DNA of 64,000 nucleotides from an uncultured bacterium (lineage in GTDB: Bacteria; Acidobacteriota; HRBIN11; JAKEFK01). The stretch covers positions 320,001 to 384,000 of the forward strand of contig CAVZQN010000001.1 in NCBI GenBank assembly GCA_963777505.1. Reading direction: 5' to 3'. Shown one piece after another: positions 1 to 9,326 of this stretch. The notes under the pieces are model-generated. The model was not told where the DNA came from. It saw only the letters and a program-made list of their open reading frames with translations, and ran no database searches. The stretch's first letter is position 1, and every line of letters begins with the position of its first letter. The position numbers and the translations under genes are program-made.

Positions 1-1765
1 CTTCCCCAGGCATGGATTGGTTCGGATAATCTCCTGCGGCATAACGTTCTTCATTTGTGTAAGGCGTAACCCACAGATGGTAATTTGCGAACACTGCACG
101 GCTTAGTGGAAGTTCGTTTACATCCACTAAAGGAAGAGCATTTCCTTCGGAGTGAATCATGTAAGAAACAGGATATCCCAATGCATTTGTTTTTTGATGG
201 TTCATCACATGCCACATTGCAGGATTTTCGTAACTGAGTTTGAGCTTCGCTTCTGATTCAGTTTTTGCAACTTCCTCTTTGACACGCCACAGGCTGGGAC
301 GCGGTCCTTCACGAAGTTTTTCAACCACCAAAGGATTGCGCATAAAAGTATTTTGTTGTCCATCAATATCCAGATCCAAACGCAGCGACAAAAAGTGATC
401 GTGATTGATACCGGCTCTTCCGGCGGAAATAAGTGGACCCCACGCGGTATCTCTTTCTGCAGTCTCATCGCTGAGCTTTTGCGCTTTTACACCTTTTACT
501 GCATCGATTCCAGTAGCTCCAGCTTTGTATGTAATATTTCCTTTTTGATCAAAGATCCAATCGAGTACATAGTCATAGTTGCCAACAGTTGCGATGTATC
601 GAACAACCACTTCTGTTGCGGGACGGCTCTCCAATGCTTGTGTGATCAGATCGTAGTGGCGCCACACCGGTTCACCCGTTGATCGTTCAAAAACACAAAC
701 GCGATTCTCCAGAGTATCTACACCTCCTGAAACATTTGACATTACTGGCGAAAGAAACGTCGCAGAGGCAGGACAATCCGCTCCGGGAACCAGAGGTGAT
801 GCCATCGTTCCAAAACCAAAATCTCCTTCATCCATATAATTTCTGTAAAACCACCCTTTCGTTGGATCCTGATACGGCACAAAAATCTCGGATAAATATC
901 CTTGATAAAGTACAGAACGTGGTTGATCCTTTTCGTTGAAACTTGCCATGGAGATGATGACACCCGCCCGGATGTCCCAACGGATGTGAAAAGACCATTT
1001 CTGCCATTGAACAAATGACCCATCCAAATTGATATTGCTTCCCTCTGGCGAAGATTGAATAACTGGTTTCACATTTTTTTGAACACCCGTTGAGGCTGGA
1101 TCTAATTCGGAATTTCCGCCAGGTATCGGAACAACTCCCATGTCGGTTACTTCAAGAACCTTTTTTTGATCAAGATCAACTGTGGCGAATAGTCCTTCGA
1201 TCGGATTTGCAAACACATCGCTTTTGACGTTACGAACATCAAAACAATCCACCTTACTCAGCCGCTTTGTTTTCTCAATATCATTTCCGAAATTTCCTAT
1301 GGTACGAGGCGCGCAAAAGACTTTCGTAAAATCAGTAATCCCCCGTTTTTTCAGGCCTTCCTGTATCAAGGGATCAGAAACCACCAACTCGATTGCAGCC
1401 AAAATCTCAGACATTGTTAAAAAAGGTTGTGCTCCGGGAATTTCCTTATGCGATACGACTGAACCACTAATAAGATCGACGACTGCTTCATATGTTTTTG
1501 CATTTCTCCGTAAAATTGCAGCGGCTGCTCTTGGAATCGACTTCCCTGTTTTCCAGGCAAGCACAACCGACTTTTCCGGCTCCTCAAGTTTTATTGAAGC
1601 AAAAAGTGTTTCCTTGTCTGCATGACCCGCAGACTGAAGAATTGCAGTAGTTTTTGTAATTTCAGCTGCCGTTAAAGCATCGAGCGGATGTTTTACAGAA
1701 GCACACAAATGTGCAGTCAACAGAAACAGAAATGTGGTGAGAAAAGCGCCAGTTTTCCGGGACAT
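1..1765 (-). CDS. tynA: Copper-containing primary amine oxidase (TPQ-dependent), exported; 3' end runs off the window
   Basis: Hand translation from ATG 1765 (SD GGAGG upstream) gives a signal peptide, HPLDALTAAEI, NYMDEG (catalytic Asp), TVGNYDY (TPQ motif, in frame with the start) and NHDH (Cu ligands). Absent from the ORF track, probably because no stop lies inside the window. Confidence 0.9.
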   Translation of the reverse strand, partial: MSRKTGAFLTTFLFLLTAHLCASVKHPLDALTAAEITKTTAILQSAGHADKETLFASIKLEEPEKSVVLAWKTGKSIPRAAAAILRRNAKTYEAVVDLISGSVVSHKEIPGAQPFLTMSEILAAIELVVSDPLIQEGLKKRGITDFTKVFCAPRTIGNFGNDIEKTKRLSKVDCFDVRNVKSDVFANPIEGLFATVDLDQKKVLEVTDMGVVPIPGGNSELDPASTGVQKNVKPVIQSSPEGSNINLDGSFVQWQKWSFHIRWDIRAGVIISMASFNEKDQPRSVLYQGYLSEIFVPYQDPTKGWFYRNYMDEGDFGFGTMASPLVPGADCPASATFLSPVMSNVSGGVDTLENRVCVFERSTGEPVWRHYDLITQALESRPATEVVVRYIATVGNYDYVLDWIFDQKGNITYKAGATGIDAVKGVKAQKLSDETAERDTAWGPLISAGRAGINHDHFLSLRLDLDIDGQQNTFMRNPLVVEKLREGPRPSLWRVKEEVAKTESEAKLKLSYENPAMWHVMNHQKTNALGYPVSYMIHSEGNALPLVDVNELPLSRAVFANYHLWVTPYTNEERYAAGDYPNQSMPGE

Positions 1766-1833
1766 TCCTATCCTCCTTAACGATACAAAAAGATCCGTTC
1801 GTTCCTATTTATTCGCCTGTTGTGGTCTATGGC

Positions 1834-1862
1834 TTGACAGTCCTACCGTATCCGTTTAGTCT
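1834..1862 (+). promoter_or_regulatory. Sigma70-type promoter TTGACA-N17-TAGTCT for the 1880 gene
   Basis: Perfect -35, 17-nt spacer and a TAnnnT -10, 17 nt upstream of ATG 1880. Confidence 0.6.
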
Positions 1863-1879
1863 CGCAAATTCAAGCTAAC

Positions 1880-3725
1880 ATGAGAACTATGAAACTTTGC
1901 CGCAAATTTGCCTTCCTGTTCCTTGTACTGATTGCCACAACAAGCAACGCCGCAACTACGGATGACGTCTTATCAAAAGATATTAAATCCTGGAAAGAGT
2001 TTATCCGTACAAACACAGCGACAGATGAAACCTCAAAATACATACGCGAATCATCAGAACCTTTATTGGTGAAAGCCGAGCAAGCTCTCGCGGAAGGAAA
2101 ACGATTCTATGCCCTTCATGTACTCGCCGTTATACGCGGGAATCTCTCCGCAATTAAATACATGGCAACTCTTCCCACAAAAACCAGGAAAGAACTTCCT
2201 GCATTTGAAGAGGAATGGAAAAAGATCGGTTTGACACTTGCTCCTGTTTTAAGCGGCAAAGAAAAACCCAACTTTGACGGTTTATCGGATGCCACGCGTG
2301 CGATCGCAGAAGCGTCTTATTCGGAAATCAAAGTCTATTACGACTCAAGCCTTGATTACGGTCGCGATACAGATCCGGATTCAGGCCTCTTTTATTTGGG
2401 AGTTGCACAAGGACAACTGGATTTTGCGCGCTTCTGCGCTGAACTAAAAGATGCAAAGCACTCGAAATCGCGCACTCCCGATCAACTCTCAGATGAGATC
2501 GACCAGTTTGAAAACCTTTTACTATCGCTATACAAACCACCGGCATCAATGGAACATCATCCGATTTTTATCCGTTCAAGTGCCATGATCAAACAAGCCC
2601 ATGAATTGATTGCCGCAAATATGAAGGATGGTGCTTTTTATCGTTATCTTGATGCGCGCAGACGCTTATCACCGATCACCGGAGCCGGCAAAACAATCAG
2701 CGCTGAAGAAGCGGCTAAACAAGCGAGTGAAATTGAAACACGCTTAGACAAAACTGCGGAAGACAACAGCATCGCACAGCTTTTTCTTGAAATGGCTTTA
2801 ACTGAAGCGGCTGATACAACTCCAAATACAAAAGGCGGCGAAACTGCAAACGTAATTTTTACTGATGTTCTCCCGCATTATTTCACTGCACTTGAGCCAG
2901 GTAAAAAGAAAACTGCTTCCTCCGAAACCTGAAATTACAGTAACTCTTGTACGTTGGCCATACACTTGAAATGTTTCCGATCCAGCAGGTTTGCTGACAC
3001 AAAGCGTCATTCAAAGTTTCAAAGGAAAGGTCAATCTTGTCACTGAAAATTATGGAAACTCCGAGCTTGCAAAACGATTTGGAGTAACACGATATCCCGC
3101 AATTTTTGTTGATGACATCTTAGTTGCAAAGCCCAAAGACTTCGGCTTCTACGGAAAAGGAGAAGGAAGCGGCGACGGACGCTATACGCCATGGAAAGAC
3201 GTCAATAGTCATGAGCGTTTCAGAAAAGATCTCACAACAATGCTCGAACGTGTTCTTGCCGGAGAAAAAGAAACGCTACGCCAGCAGACTGAATCAACTG
3301 AAACTGCCGAAATTAAGACGCTTCCGGCTTTCACATTGAATGATTTCTCTGGCAAACCGATCCGCGCAGAAGATCTGAAAGGGAAAGTTGTCCTGGTGGA
3401 ATTTTGGGCAACCTGGTGCCCGCCTTGCCGTAGTACATTAAGCTGGCTAGGTCAGCTAAAGAAACAATATGGCGATAAGCTGGAAATTGTTGCAGTCGCA
3501 ATTGAGTCTGATGAACCAGAAGTTAAGAAAGTCGCGGAAAAACTCAACCTTCCACTGCGCTGGACAATGGGATCAGCGGATGTCGCGCGATCATTCGGGG
3601 ACATCAGCGCGGTTCCGACGCTCTATTTATTCAACACAAAAGGCGAAACCGTTGAAATCTATTATGGTGCGCCACCGGAGCTGCACGATTTGGCTGAACG
3701 CGACATCGCCTCTGCACTGAAGTAG
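1880..3725 (+). CDS. Putative exported selenoprotein: helical N-domain + Sec thioredoxin-fold domain (UxxS) + TlpA-like CPPC domain; needs one frameshift correction near 2903-2912 and TGA 2967-2969 read as Sec
   Basis: ORFs 1880-2932 and 2991-3725 join through PKPEITVTLVRWPYT-TGA-NVSDPAGLL. Downstream are FGVTRYPAIFVD (Trx cis-Pro loop) and EFWATWCPPC. A SECIS-like hairpin follows the TGA. Confidence 0.75.
2982..2997 (+). promoter_or_regulatory. Bacterial SECIS-like stem-loop CAGCA-GGTT-TGCTG
   Basis: GCA GGT TTG at codons +6..+8 after the TGA; E. coli fdhF has GCA GGT CTG at the same codon positions. Confidence 0.75.
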
Positions 3726-3757
3726 CATAAAGCGAACGCGGATGTCTGGTCGCATCA

Positions 3758-3780
3758 GGGACCGCAGCCGTCTCGCCTGC
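3758..3780. repeat. REP-like palindrome (GGGACCGC family)
   Basis: GGGACCGCAGCCGTCTCGCCTGC; related copies at 11349, 14552, 37442 and 53604. Confidence 0.7.
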
Positions 3781-3791
3781 ACTAAGAATTG

Positions 3792-3869
3792 AACCACGAA
3801 GCTCACGGCATCACGAAGTTTATTTTTTAGTGGTAAGCTTCTTCGTGCCTCTTCGTGAACTTCGTGGTT
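3792..3869. repeat. Inverted repeat built from ~9-nt CACGAAG units
   Basis: AACCACGAAG...CTTCGTGGTT with internal CACGAAG/CTTCGTG copies. Confidence 0.6.
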
Positions 3870-3907
3870 TAAGAGCCGGCAAGATGCCAGCGTTACAAAT
3901 TGCTTGG

Positions 3908-5143
3908 ATGAATAAAATCCTGACTGCTCTACTGTTGATCTTTTTTACAGCTTTTTTATTTGCTGAAGATCCGCAAGTTACAATCCTTCGCGCCAAGCGT
4001 ATGCTCGATGTAAAGTCGGGCAACATCATCAATGATGCTGTACTTGTGATTGAAGCTGGCAAGATTACATCGGTCAATTCGAACAATCTGCCGGCTCAAG
4101 CAAATACGATTGATCTTGGTGATGTCACTTTGCTTCCAGGATTGATCGACATGCATACGCATCTTACTTATGATTCGGCCGATTTTCGTCTTGATCTTGG
4201 AAAACACCCAGGAGCCGCTACGTCAGGTAGAGCGTTATTGGGTGCGAAGTTCGCAAAAATCACATTGATGGCGGGATTCACAACTGTCCGCGATCTTGGG
4301 GCGTGTTGTTATTCTGACATTACTTTAATGCGAGCAATAGAAAAAGGAATCACTGAAGGTCCTGATATATTTCCATCCGGTTACATCATTGCAATCACCG
4401 GAGGACATTGCGATCAAACAGTTGTAAATCCAGATGTAAAAGATGCGGGCCCTGAAGAAGGAGTTGCCGATTCACCTGAGGAAATCGTTGAAGCTGTGCG
4501 TTATCAAATTAAATATGGAGCAAAGGTCATCAAAACTTGTGCGGATCAAAAACAATTCAATGAAGATGAATTACGGATTATGGCGGATGCCGCGCACAGA
4601 AGCGGAGTCAAGCTTGCGGTTCATGTCTGGGAAACTGAAAGCATTTCTAATGCAGTGAATGCCGGCGCTGATTCAATCGAACACGTCTCCTTGATGAATG
4701 ATGAAATCATCAACAGCATGATAAAAAAAGGAACCTACCTGGTTCCAACGATGTATACAGTTGACGGAATGGATTTCAGCAAATTAAAGCCTGAGATGAA
4801 AGCATTGCTTGAAAAAGAAATGCCTGAATATGAAAAGAGTTTGCGAAATTCAATCAAACGCGGAGTTAAGATTGCATTTGGCAGCGACACCGGCCAGATC
4901 TCACATGGGGAAAATGCCAAAGAATTCTCAAGCCTTGTTAAATATGGAATGACTCCACTTCAAGCGATTCAATCAGCTACAATTCACGCTGCCGATCTGC
5001 TCGGTGTTAAAGACAGGGGTTCGCTCGAAGCCGGATTGCGGGCTGACGTTATAGCCGTAAAAGGGAATCCTCTCGAAGATGTAAAGACGCTTGAAAACGT
5101 TCAGTTCGTAATGAAATCGGGCACCATATATAAGAAGCCGTAA
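3908..5143 (+). CDS. Metal-dependent amidohydrolase (Xaa-Pro dipeptidase-like), signal peptide
   Basis: LLPGLIDMHTH, GFTTVRDLG, IKTC, SIEH and FGSDTG motifs. Start moved to MNKILTALL because the upstream extension crosses repeats. Confidence 0.88.
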   Translation: MNKILTALLLIFFTAFLFAEDPQVTILRAKRMLDVKSGNIINDAVLVIEAGKITSVNSNNLPAQANTIDLGDVTLLPGLIDMHTHLTYDSADFRLDLGKHPGAATSGRALLGAKFAKITLMAGFTTVRDLGACCYSDITLMRAIEKGITEGPDIFPSGYIIAITGGHCDQTVVNPDVKDAGPEEGVADSPEEIVEAVRYQIKYGAKVIKTCADQKQFNEDELRIMADAAHRSGVKLAVHVWETESISNAVNAGADSIEHVSLMNDEIINSMIKKGTYLVPTMYTVDGMDFSKLKPEMKALLEKEMPEYEKSLRNSIKRGVKIAFGSDTGQISHGENAKEFSSLVKYGMTPLQAIQSATIHAADLLGVKDRGSLEAGLRADVIAVKGNPLEDVKTLENVQFVMKSGTIYKKP

Positions 5144-5162
5144 GTGATGCTACGATGAGTGC

Positions 5163-5768
5163 ATGAGCTCTGAACTGAGGCCCGAGCTAGTTTCACTGAG
5201 CCACGATTTTTATCGGAGAGGCTGGACACTTGCTACCAGTGGAAATTTTTCGGCACGGATCGATCCACAGCATTTCATCATCACTGCATCGGGAAAAGAT
5301 AAAGGTGCTCTTCAAGCAGATGATTTCGTAGAGCTGGATCTACAGGGCCATTATCGAAAATCCGGTGAAGCCCGTCCCTCAGCCGAAACGCTGCTGCATG
5401 CGACTCTCTACAAAGAGCTTCCGGATATCAATTGTGTTTTGCATACGCATTCGGTCTTCTCAAATGTGCTTTCAATGAAAGGACTCAATGAAGGAAGACT
5501 GCTGATACAAAACTATGAAATGTTGAAAGCGCTTGATGGTGTTTACACACACGAGCACACTGAAACACTCCGGGTCCTCCCAAATTCCCAGGACATGGTT
5601 GCGTTGTCGGAAAAAATTGCAGATCTTGTTCATGATGAGCCTGAGCCTCATGGTTTCTTGATTGCAGCCCATGGTTTGTATACCTGGGGAAAATCGATAC
5701 GTGAAGCAAGGAGACACCTGGAGGCTCTTGAGTTCTTGCTCGAATGTGAGCACAGAAGAGTAAAATAG
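5163..5768 (+). CDS. mtnB: Methylthioribulose-1-phosphate dehydratase
   Basis: ATSGNFS, ITASGKDKG, PSAETLLH, LHTHS and HGLYTWG motifs; adjacent to mtnD and mtnC. Confidence 0.93.
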   Translation: MSSELRPELVSLSHDFYRRGWTLATSGNFSARIDPQHFIITASGKDKGALQADDFVELDLQGHYRKSGEARPSAETLLHATLYKELPDINCVLHTHSVFSNVLSMKGLNEGRLLIQNYEMLKALDGVYTHEHTETLRVLPNSQDMVALSEKIADLVHDEPEPHGFLIAAHGLYTWGKSIREARRHLEALEFLLECEHRRVK

Positions 5769-5788
5769 AAACATTGGAGGAAATACCA

Positions 5789-6355
5789 ATGAGTTTACTG
5801 CGCGTCTATTCTGAAAAAGATCCACAGATGTACGATGAATTCAAGGATCATGAAAAAATCGCTGATGTAATGAAAACTTCTGGAATCCGATTTGAACTCT
5901 GGAAAGTCGATCAACCTGTTTCAGGTGACGCCACGCAGGAACAAATTTTAAAAGCCTACGAAGGTTCGCTGGATCGGATCATGGCAGAGATCGGAGTCTC
6001 TACCGCAGATGTGATCGCTGTAAACTCACAAATGCCCAATCATCCCGAACTGCGAAAGAAATTCCTGGATGAGCATATGCATGATGAAGATGAGGCGCGC
6101 TTTTTTGTAGATGGCAGCGGTATCTTCTACATTCACAAAGACGGAAAAGTATTTTGTTTGCTCTGTGAAAAAGGTGATTTCGTAAACATTCCAGCAGGAA
6201 CTACACATTGGTTTGATATGGGCCCAACTCCTCTTCTGAAATGCATTCGCACTTTCAATACGCCTGAAGGATGGGTAGCGAAATTTACCGGATCAGACAT
6301 TGCATCTCGTTATCCACGCTATGAACAAATCGTTCCTTTACCAGCAAGAGTGTGA
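5789..6355 (+). CDS. mtnD: Acireductone dioxygenase
   Basis: KFLDEHMHDEDEARFFVDGSG and PAGTTHWFDMG; SD GGAGG before ATG 5789. Confidence 0.93.
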   Translation: MSLLRVYSEKDPQMYDEFKDHEKIADVMKTSGIRFELWKVDQPVSGDATQEQILKAYEGSLDRIMAEIGVSTADVIAVNSQMPNHPELRKKFLDEHMHDEDEARFFVDGSGIFYIHKDGKVFCLLCEKGDFVNIPAGTTHWFDMGPTPLLKCIRTFNTPEGWVAKFTGSDIASRYPRYEQIVPLPARV

Positions 6356-7041
6356 AACCCTCAGTCATTCTGTGCGACATTGAAGGAACTACGAGCTCGC
6401 TGTCTTTTGTTCATGATGTTTTGTTTCCACTTTCCTACGAACAAATGGAGAGTTTTATCAAAAAGCATTGGAAAAGCGGAGTTATTTCTGGTGAAATTAA
6501 TTCCTTTCTCACTCAGAATCAGGAAACTGGAGCTGAGGATTTCATCCATACATTACGATCCTGGATTTTGGAAGACCGCAAAGATCCAGTATTAAAATCG
6601 ATTCAGGGAAAGATCTGGAAAGAAGCATTTGAATCAGGATCAATTCAAGGACATGTTTATCCCGATGTTCCACCAAATTTTCGCAAATGGAACGATGAGC
6701 AGATTAGAGTTTGCATCTTTAGTTCAGGATCTGTGCAAGCACAAAAGTTGTTGTTTCAATATTCCGAAGCAGGAGACCTTACGTCTTTAATATCTGCCTA
6801 TTTCGACACGACAATTGGAACGAAAAAGAACAAGGCTGCGTACGCCAGCATATCGGAACAATTGGCAGTCACTCCTGCAAAGATTCTTTTTTTGAGTGAT
6901 GTTGAAGATGAACTCAATGCAGCGCGTGATGCTGAATTGAAGACTATTCAGGTCTTACGCGAAGGCGTGATTTCAAATTCGTCCGGTCATGTAATGGTAA
7001 ATACCTTTGATGATCTCCGTTCTTTTGTGTCTTCAAGGTAA
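6352..7041 (+). CDS. mtnC: Enolase-phosphatase E1 (acireductone synthase)
   Basis: DIEGTTSS, FVHDVLFP, LKSIQGKIW, SSGSVQAQKLLF and LFLSD motifs. Confidence 0.93.
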   Translation: MKPSVILCDIEGTTSSLSFVHDVLFPLSYEQMESFIKKHWKSGVISGEINSFLTQNQETGAEDFIHTLRSWILEDRKDPVLKSIQGKIWKEAFESGSIQGHVYPDVPPNFRKWNDEQIRVCIFSSGSVQAQKLLFQYSEAGDLTSLISAYFDTTIGTKKNKAAYASISEQLAVTPAKILFLSDVEDELNAARDAELKTIQVLREGVISNSSGHVMVNTFDDLRSFVSSR

Positions 7042-7047
7042 GATTTC

Positions 7048-7566
7048 ATGATGCCCATTTCGATTCGTCCATACAGACTTGATGATGCTCCAGCTCTTTA
7101 TGAGGCAGCGATCGAATCTGTAAAAGAGGTTTACCCATTCATGGCCTGGTGTCATCCCACTTTATCTATCAATGATTTATGGAAATGGGTAAACGACCAA
7201 ATATCGGCGTTTGGTGCAAGAAGGCAATTTGAGTTTGTAATTCAACGCGAGGATGGCCGACTATTGGGTGGATGTGGTTTAAATCAAATTGATGGCGAAA
7301 ATCGCCGCGCAAATCTTGGATATTGGGTTCGCACTTCAGCCACTGGCCAGGGAGTCGCCAGAAGTGCTATTCGGGAATTAGTTGACTGGGCATTTCAAAA
7401 TACAAATTTAATCAGGTTGGAACTGATTATATCTTCCCAAAATTCTGCAAGCCTTCGCACTGCTGAAAATGCTGGCGCAGTAAAAGAAGGGATTTTGAAA
7501 AATCGTTTGCTGCTTCATGGAAAACCTCATGATGCGGTTGTATTTTCATTCACTCGCACCATCTAG
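7048..7566 (+). CDS. GNAT N-acetyltransferase, RimJ/RimL family
   Basis: ANLGYWVRTSATGQGVA, NSASLRTAE and EGILKNRL. Confidence 0.88.
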   Translation: MMPISIRPYRLDDAPALYEAAIESVKEVYPFMAWCHPTLSINDLWKWVNDQISAFGARRQFEFVIQREDGRLLGGCGLNQIDGENRRANLGYWVRTSATGQGVARSAIRELVDWAFQNTNLIRLELIISSQNSASLRTAENAGAVKEGILKNRLLLHGKPHDAVVFSFTRTI

Positions 7567-7643
7567 TAAATCTCCCCTCGGAATCGCATTCAATCCGTCC
7601 TGAGCCTATATTTAGTCATCCGTATATGAGGGGGATCTGTGCA

Positions 7644-9314
7644 ATGCCAACTTTCTTAAAACCGACAGTTCTAAAACGTTACAAAGATATAGTTTTGCTT
7701 TTTCTGAAATATGGTCGCTCCGATCTCTTTAAAAGTGCCGACCTTGAAGACATTTTACAGGATGGTGAAGATCAGCAAGAAACGAAATCGTCTCCAGAAA
7801 ATCTTGCAAAAGATCTTGAAAAAATGGGTCCGACTTTTGTCAAGCTTGGACAATTGTTATCGACACGTGCTGATCTTTTGCCAAAGCCTTATCTGGAAGG
7901 GCTTAGCCGCTTACAGGATGATGTAGAGCCTTTCCCCTTTGCCGAAGTTGAACAAATCGTTTCATCAGAAATTGGCCTGAGGTTGTCTAAAGCGTTTCAA
8001 TTTTTTGAGGCAGAACCAATTGCTGCAGCATCCCTCGGACAAGTTCATCGTGCCGCATTAAGAGACGGGCGTCTTGTTGCGGTAAAAGTCCAACGTCCTG
8101 GAATTCGAAAAATTATCGCAGGAGATCTTGAAGCTTTGGAGGAAATTGCAGCCTTTCTGCAGAAGAACACAGAATTTGGAAAACATTTCGAACCTTCAAA
8201 TGTTCTTGATCAATTTCGAAAAGCTCTACTGCGAGAACTTGATTACTTGCAAGAAGCACGGAATATGGAAATCCTCAGAACAAACCTCAAAGAATTTCAG
8301 AAAATATTTATCCCCAGCCCGATTGAAAGTTATACAACTTCGACGGTTCTTACGATGGATTATGTCCAGGGGAAAAAAATTACTGCGCTCGGGCCACTCG
8401 CTCATACTGAACTCCATGGCAAGGACCTTGTTGATGAATTATTTAAAGCCTATCTTCATCAAGTCTTAGTGGATGGTTTTTTTCATGCTGATCCACATCC
8501 AGGAAATGTGTTTCTTACAGAGGATGCAAGGATTGCATTAATCGATTTAGGAATGGTGGCGGTAATCTCACCGCGTATGCAGGAAAATTTATTAGGCCTG
8601 CTGCTGGCGATCAGTAATGGCCGAAGCGAAGAAGCAACTGCAATTGCAAACAAAATTGGAGAAACTCGAGAGAATTTCGACTCACTGCAATTTCAAAGAA
8701 GGATTGCCGACATCATCGGAGAAAATCAAACTGCCCGGCTTCAACAAATTGAAGTAGGTAGGCTTGTGATGGAAGTCGCGCGGATCTCGGGAGACTGTGG
8801 GATCAGAATTCCTTCTGAAGTAACAATGCTAGGAAAAACTCTGTTGAATCTTGATCATGTTGCAAAAGTACTCGATCCTGATTTTGATCCAAATGCAGCA
8901 ATTCGCAAACATGCATCAGAAATCCTAAGACAACGAATGACAAAAAGCATGACACCTTCTAATGTTCTTGCAACTTTCATTGAAAGTAAGGAATTTATTG
9001 AACGCCTTCCTTCACGGCTGAACAAAATAATGGATTCAATAGCAGAAAATAAAATACGGGTGGAAGTCGATGCATTAGATGAAGCTCAATTGATGGCGGG
9101 CTTTCAGAAAGTAGCAAACAGAATTACTGTTGGACTGATTCTCGCAGCCTTGATCGTTGGGGCTTCAATGTTAATGAGAGTCGAAACTTCCTTTAGAATT
9201 CTTGGCTATCCTGGTTTTGCAATCCTCTTCTTTGTTGCGGCTGCATTGGGAGGAATTATACTTGTGATTAATATACTTTTTTCCGATGAAAATCCGCCAA
9301 AGAAGAAGTCGTAA
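7644..9314 (+). CDS. ABC1/AarF/UbiB family atypical kinase with C-terminal TM helices
   Basis: GPTFVKLGQLLSTRADL, AAASLGQVH, VAVKVQRP, FHADPHPGN and IDLG. Confidence 0.92.
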   Translation: MPTFLKPTVLKRYKDIVLLFLKYGRSDLFKSADLEDILQDGEDQQETKSSPENLAKDLEKMGPTFVKLGQLLSTRADLLPKPYLEGLSRLQDDVEPFPFAEVEQIVSSEIGLRLSKAFQFFEAEPIAAASLGQVHRAALRDGRLVAVKVQRPGIRKIIAGDLEALEEIAAFLQKNTEFGKHFEPSNVLDQFRKALLRELDYLQEARNMEILRTNLKEFQKIFIPSPIESYTTSTVLTMDYVQGKKITALGPLAHTELHGKDLVDELFKAYLHQVLVDGFFHADPHPGNVFLTEDARIALIDLGMVAVISPRMQENLLGLLLAISNGRSEEATAIANKIGETRENFDSLQFQRRIADIIGENQTARLQQIEVGRLVMEVARISGDCGIRIPSEVTMLGKTLLNLDHVAKVLDPDFDPNAAIRKHASEILRQRMTKSMTPSNVLATFIESKEFIERLPSRLNKIMDSIAENKIRVEVDALDEAQLMAGFQKVANRITVGLILAALIVGASMLMRVETSFRILGYPGFAILFFVAAALGGIILVINILFSDENPPKKKS

Positions 9315-9326
9315 TAAATATACGGG

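Noticed and set aside
205-1625. Track ORFs 205-468, 353-682, 679-939, 742-1023 and 1182-1625
   Set aside because: Shadow frames of the minus-strand amine oxidase.
2900-2912. Programmed ribosomal frameshift at GGTAAAAAGAAAA
   Set aside because: The join needs +1, whereas A_AAA_AAG slippage is -1 and the in-frame heptamer here is T_AAA_AAG. Similar insertions throughout the window point to sequencing error.
2865-2969. Independent start at ATG 2865 for the Sec domain
   Set aside because: No SD, and it overlaps coding sequence of the 1880 ORF. Fusion is more parsimonious, though this start is not fully excluded.
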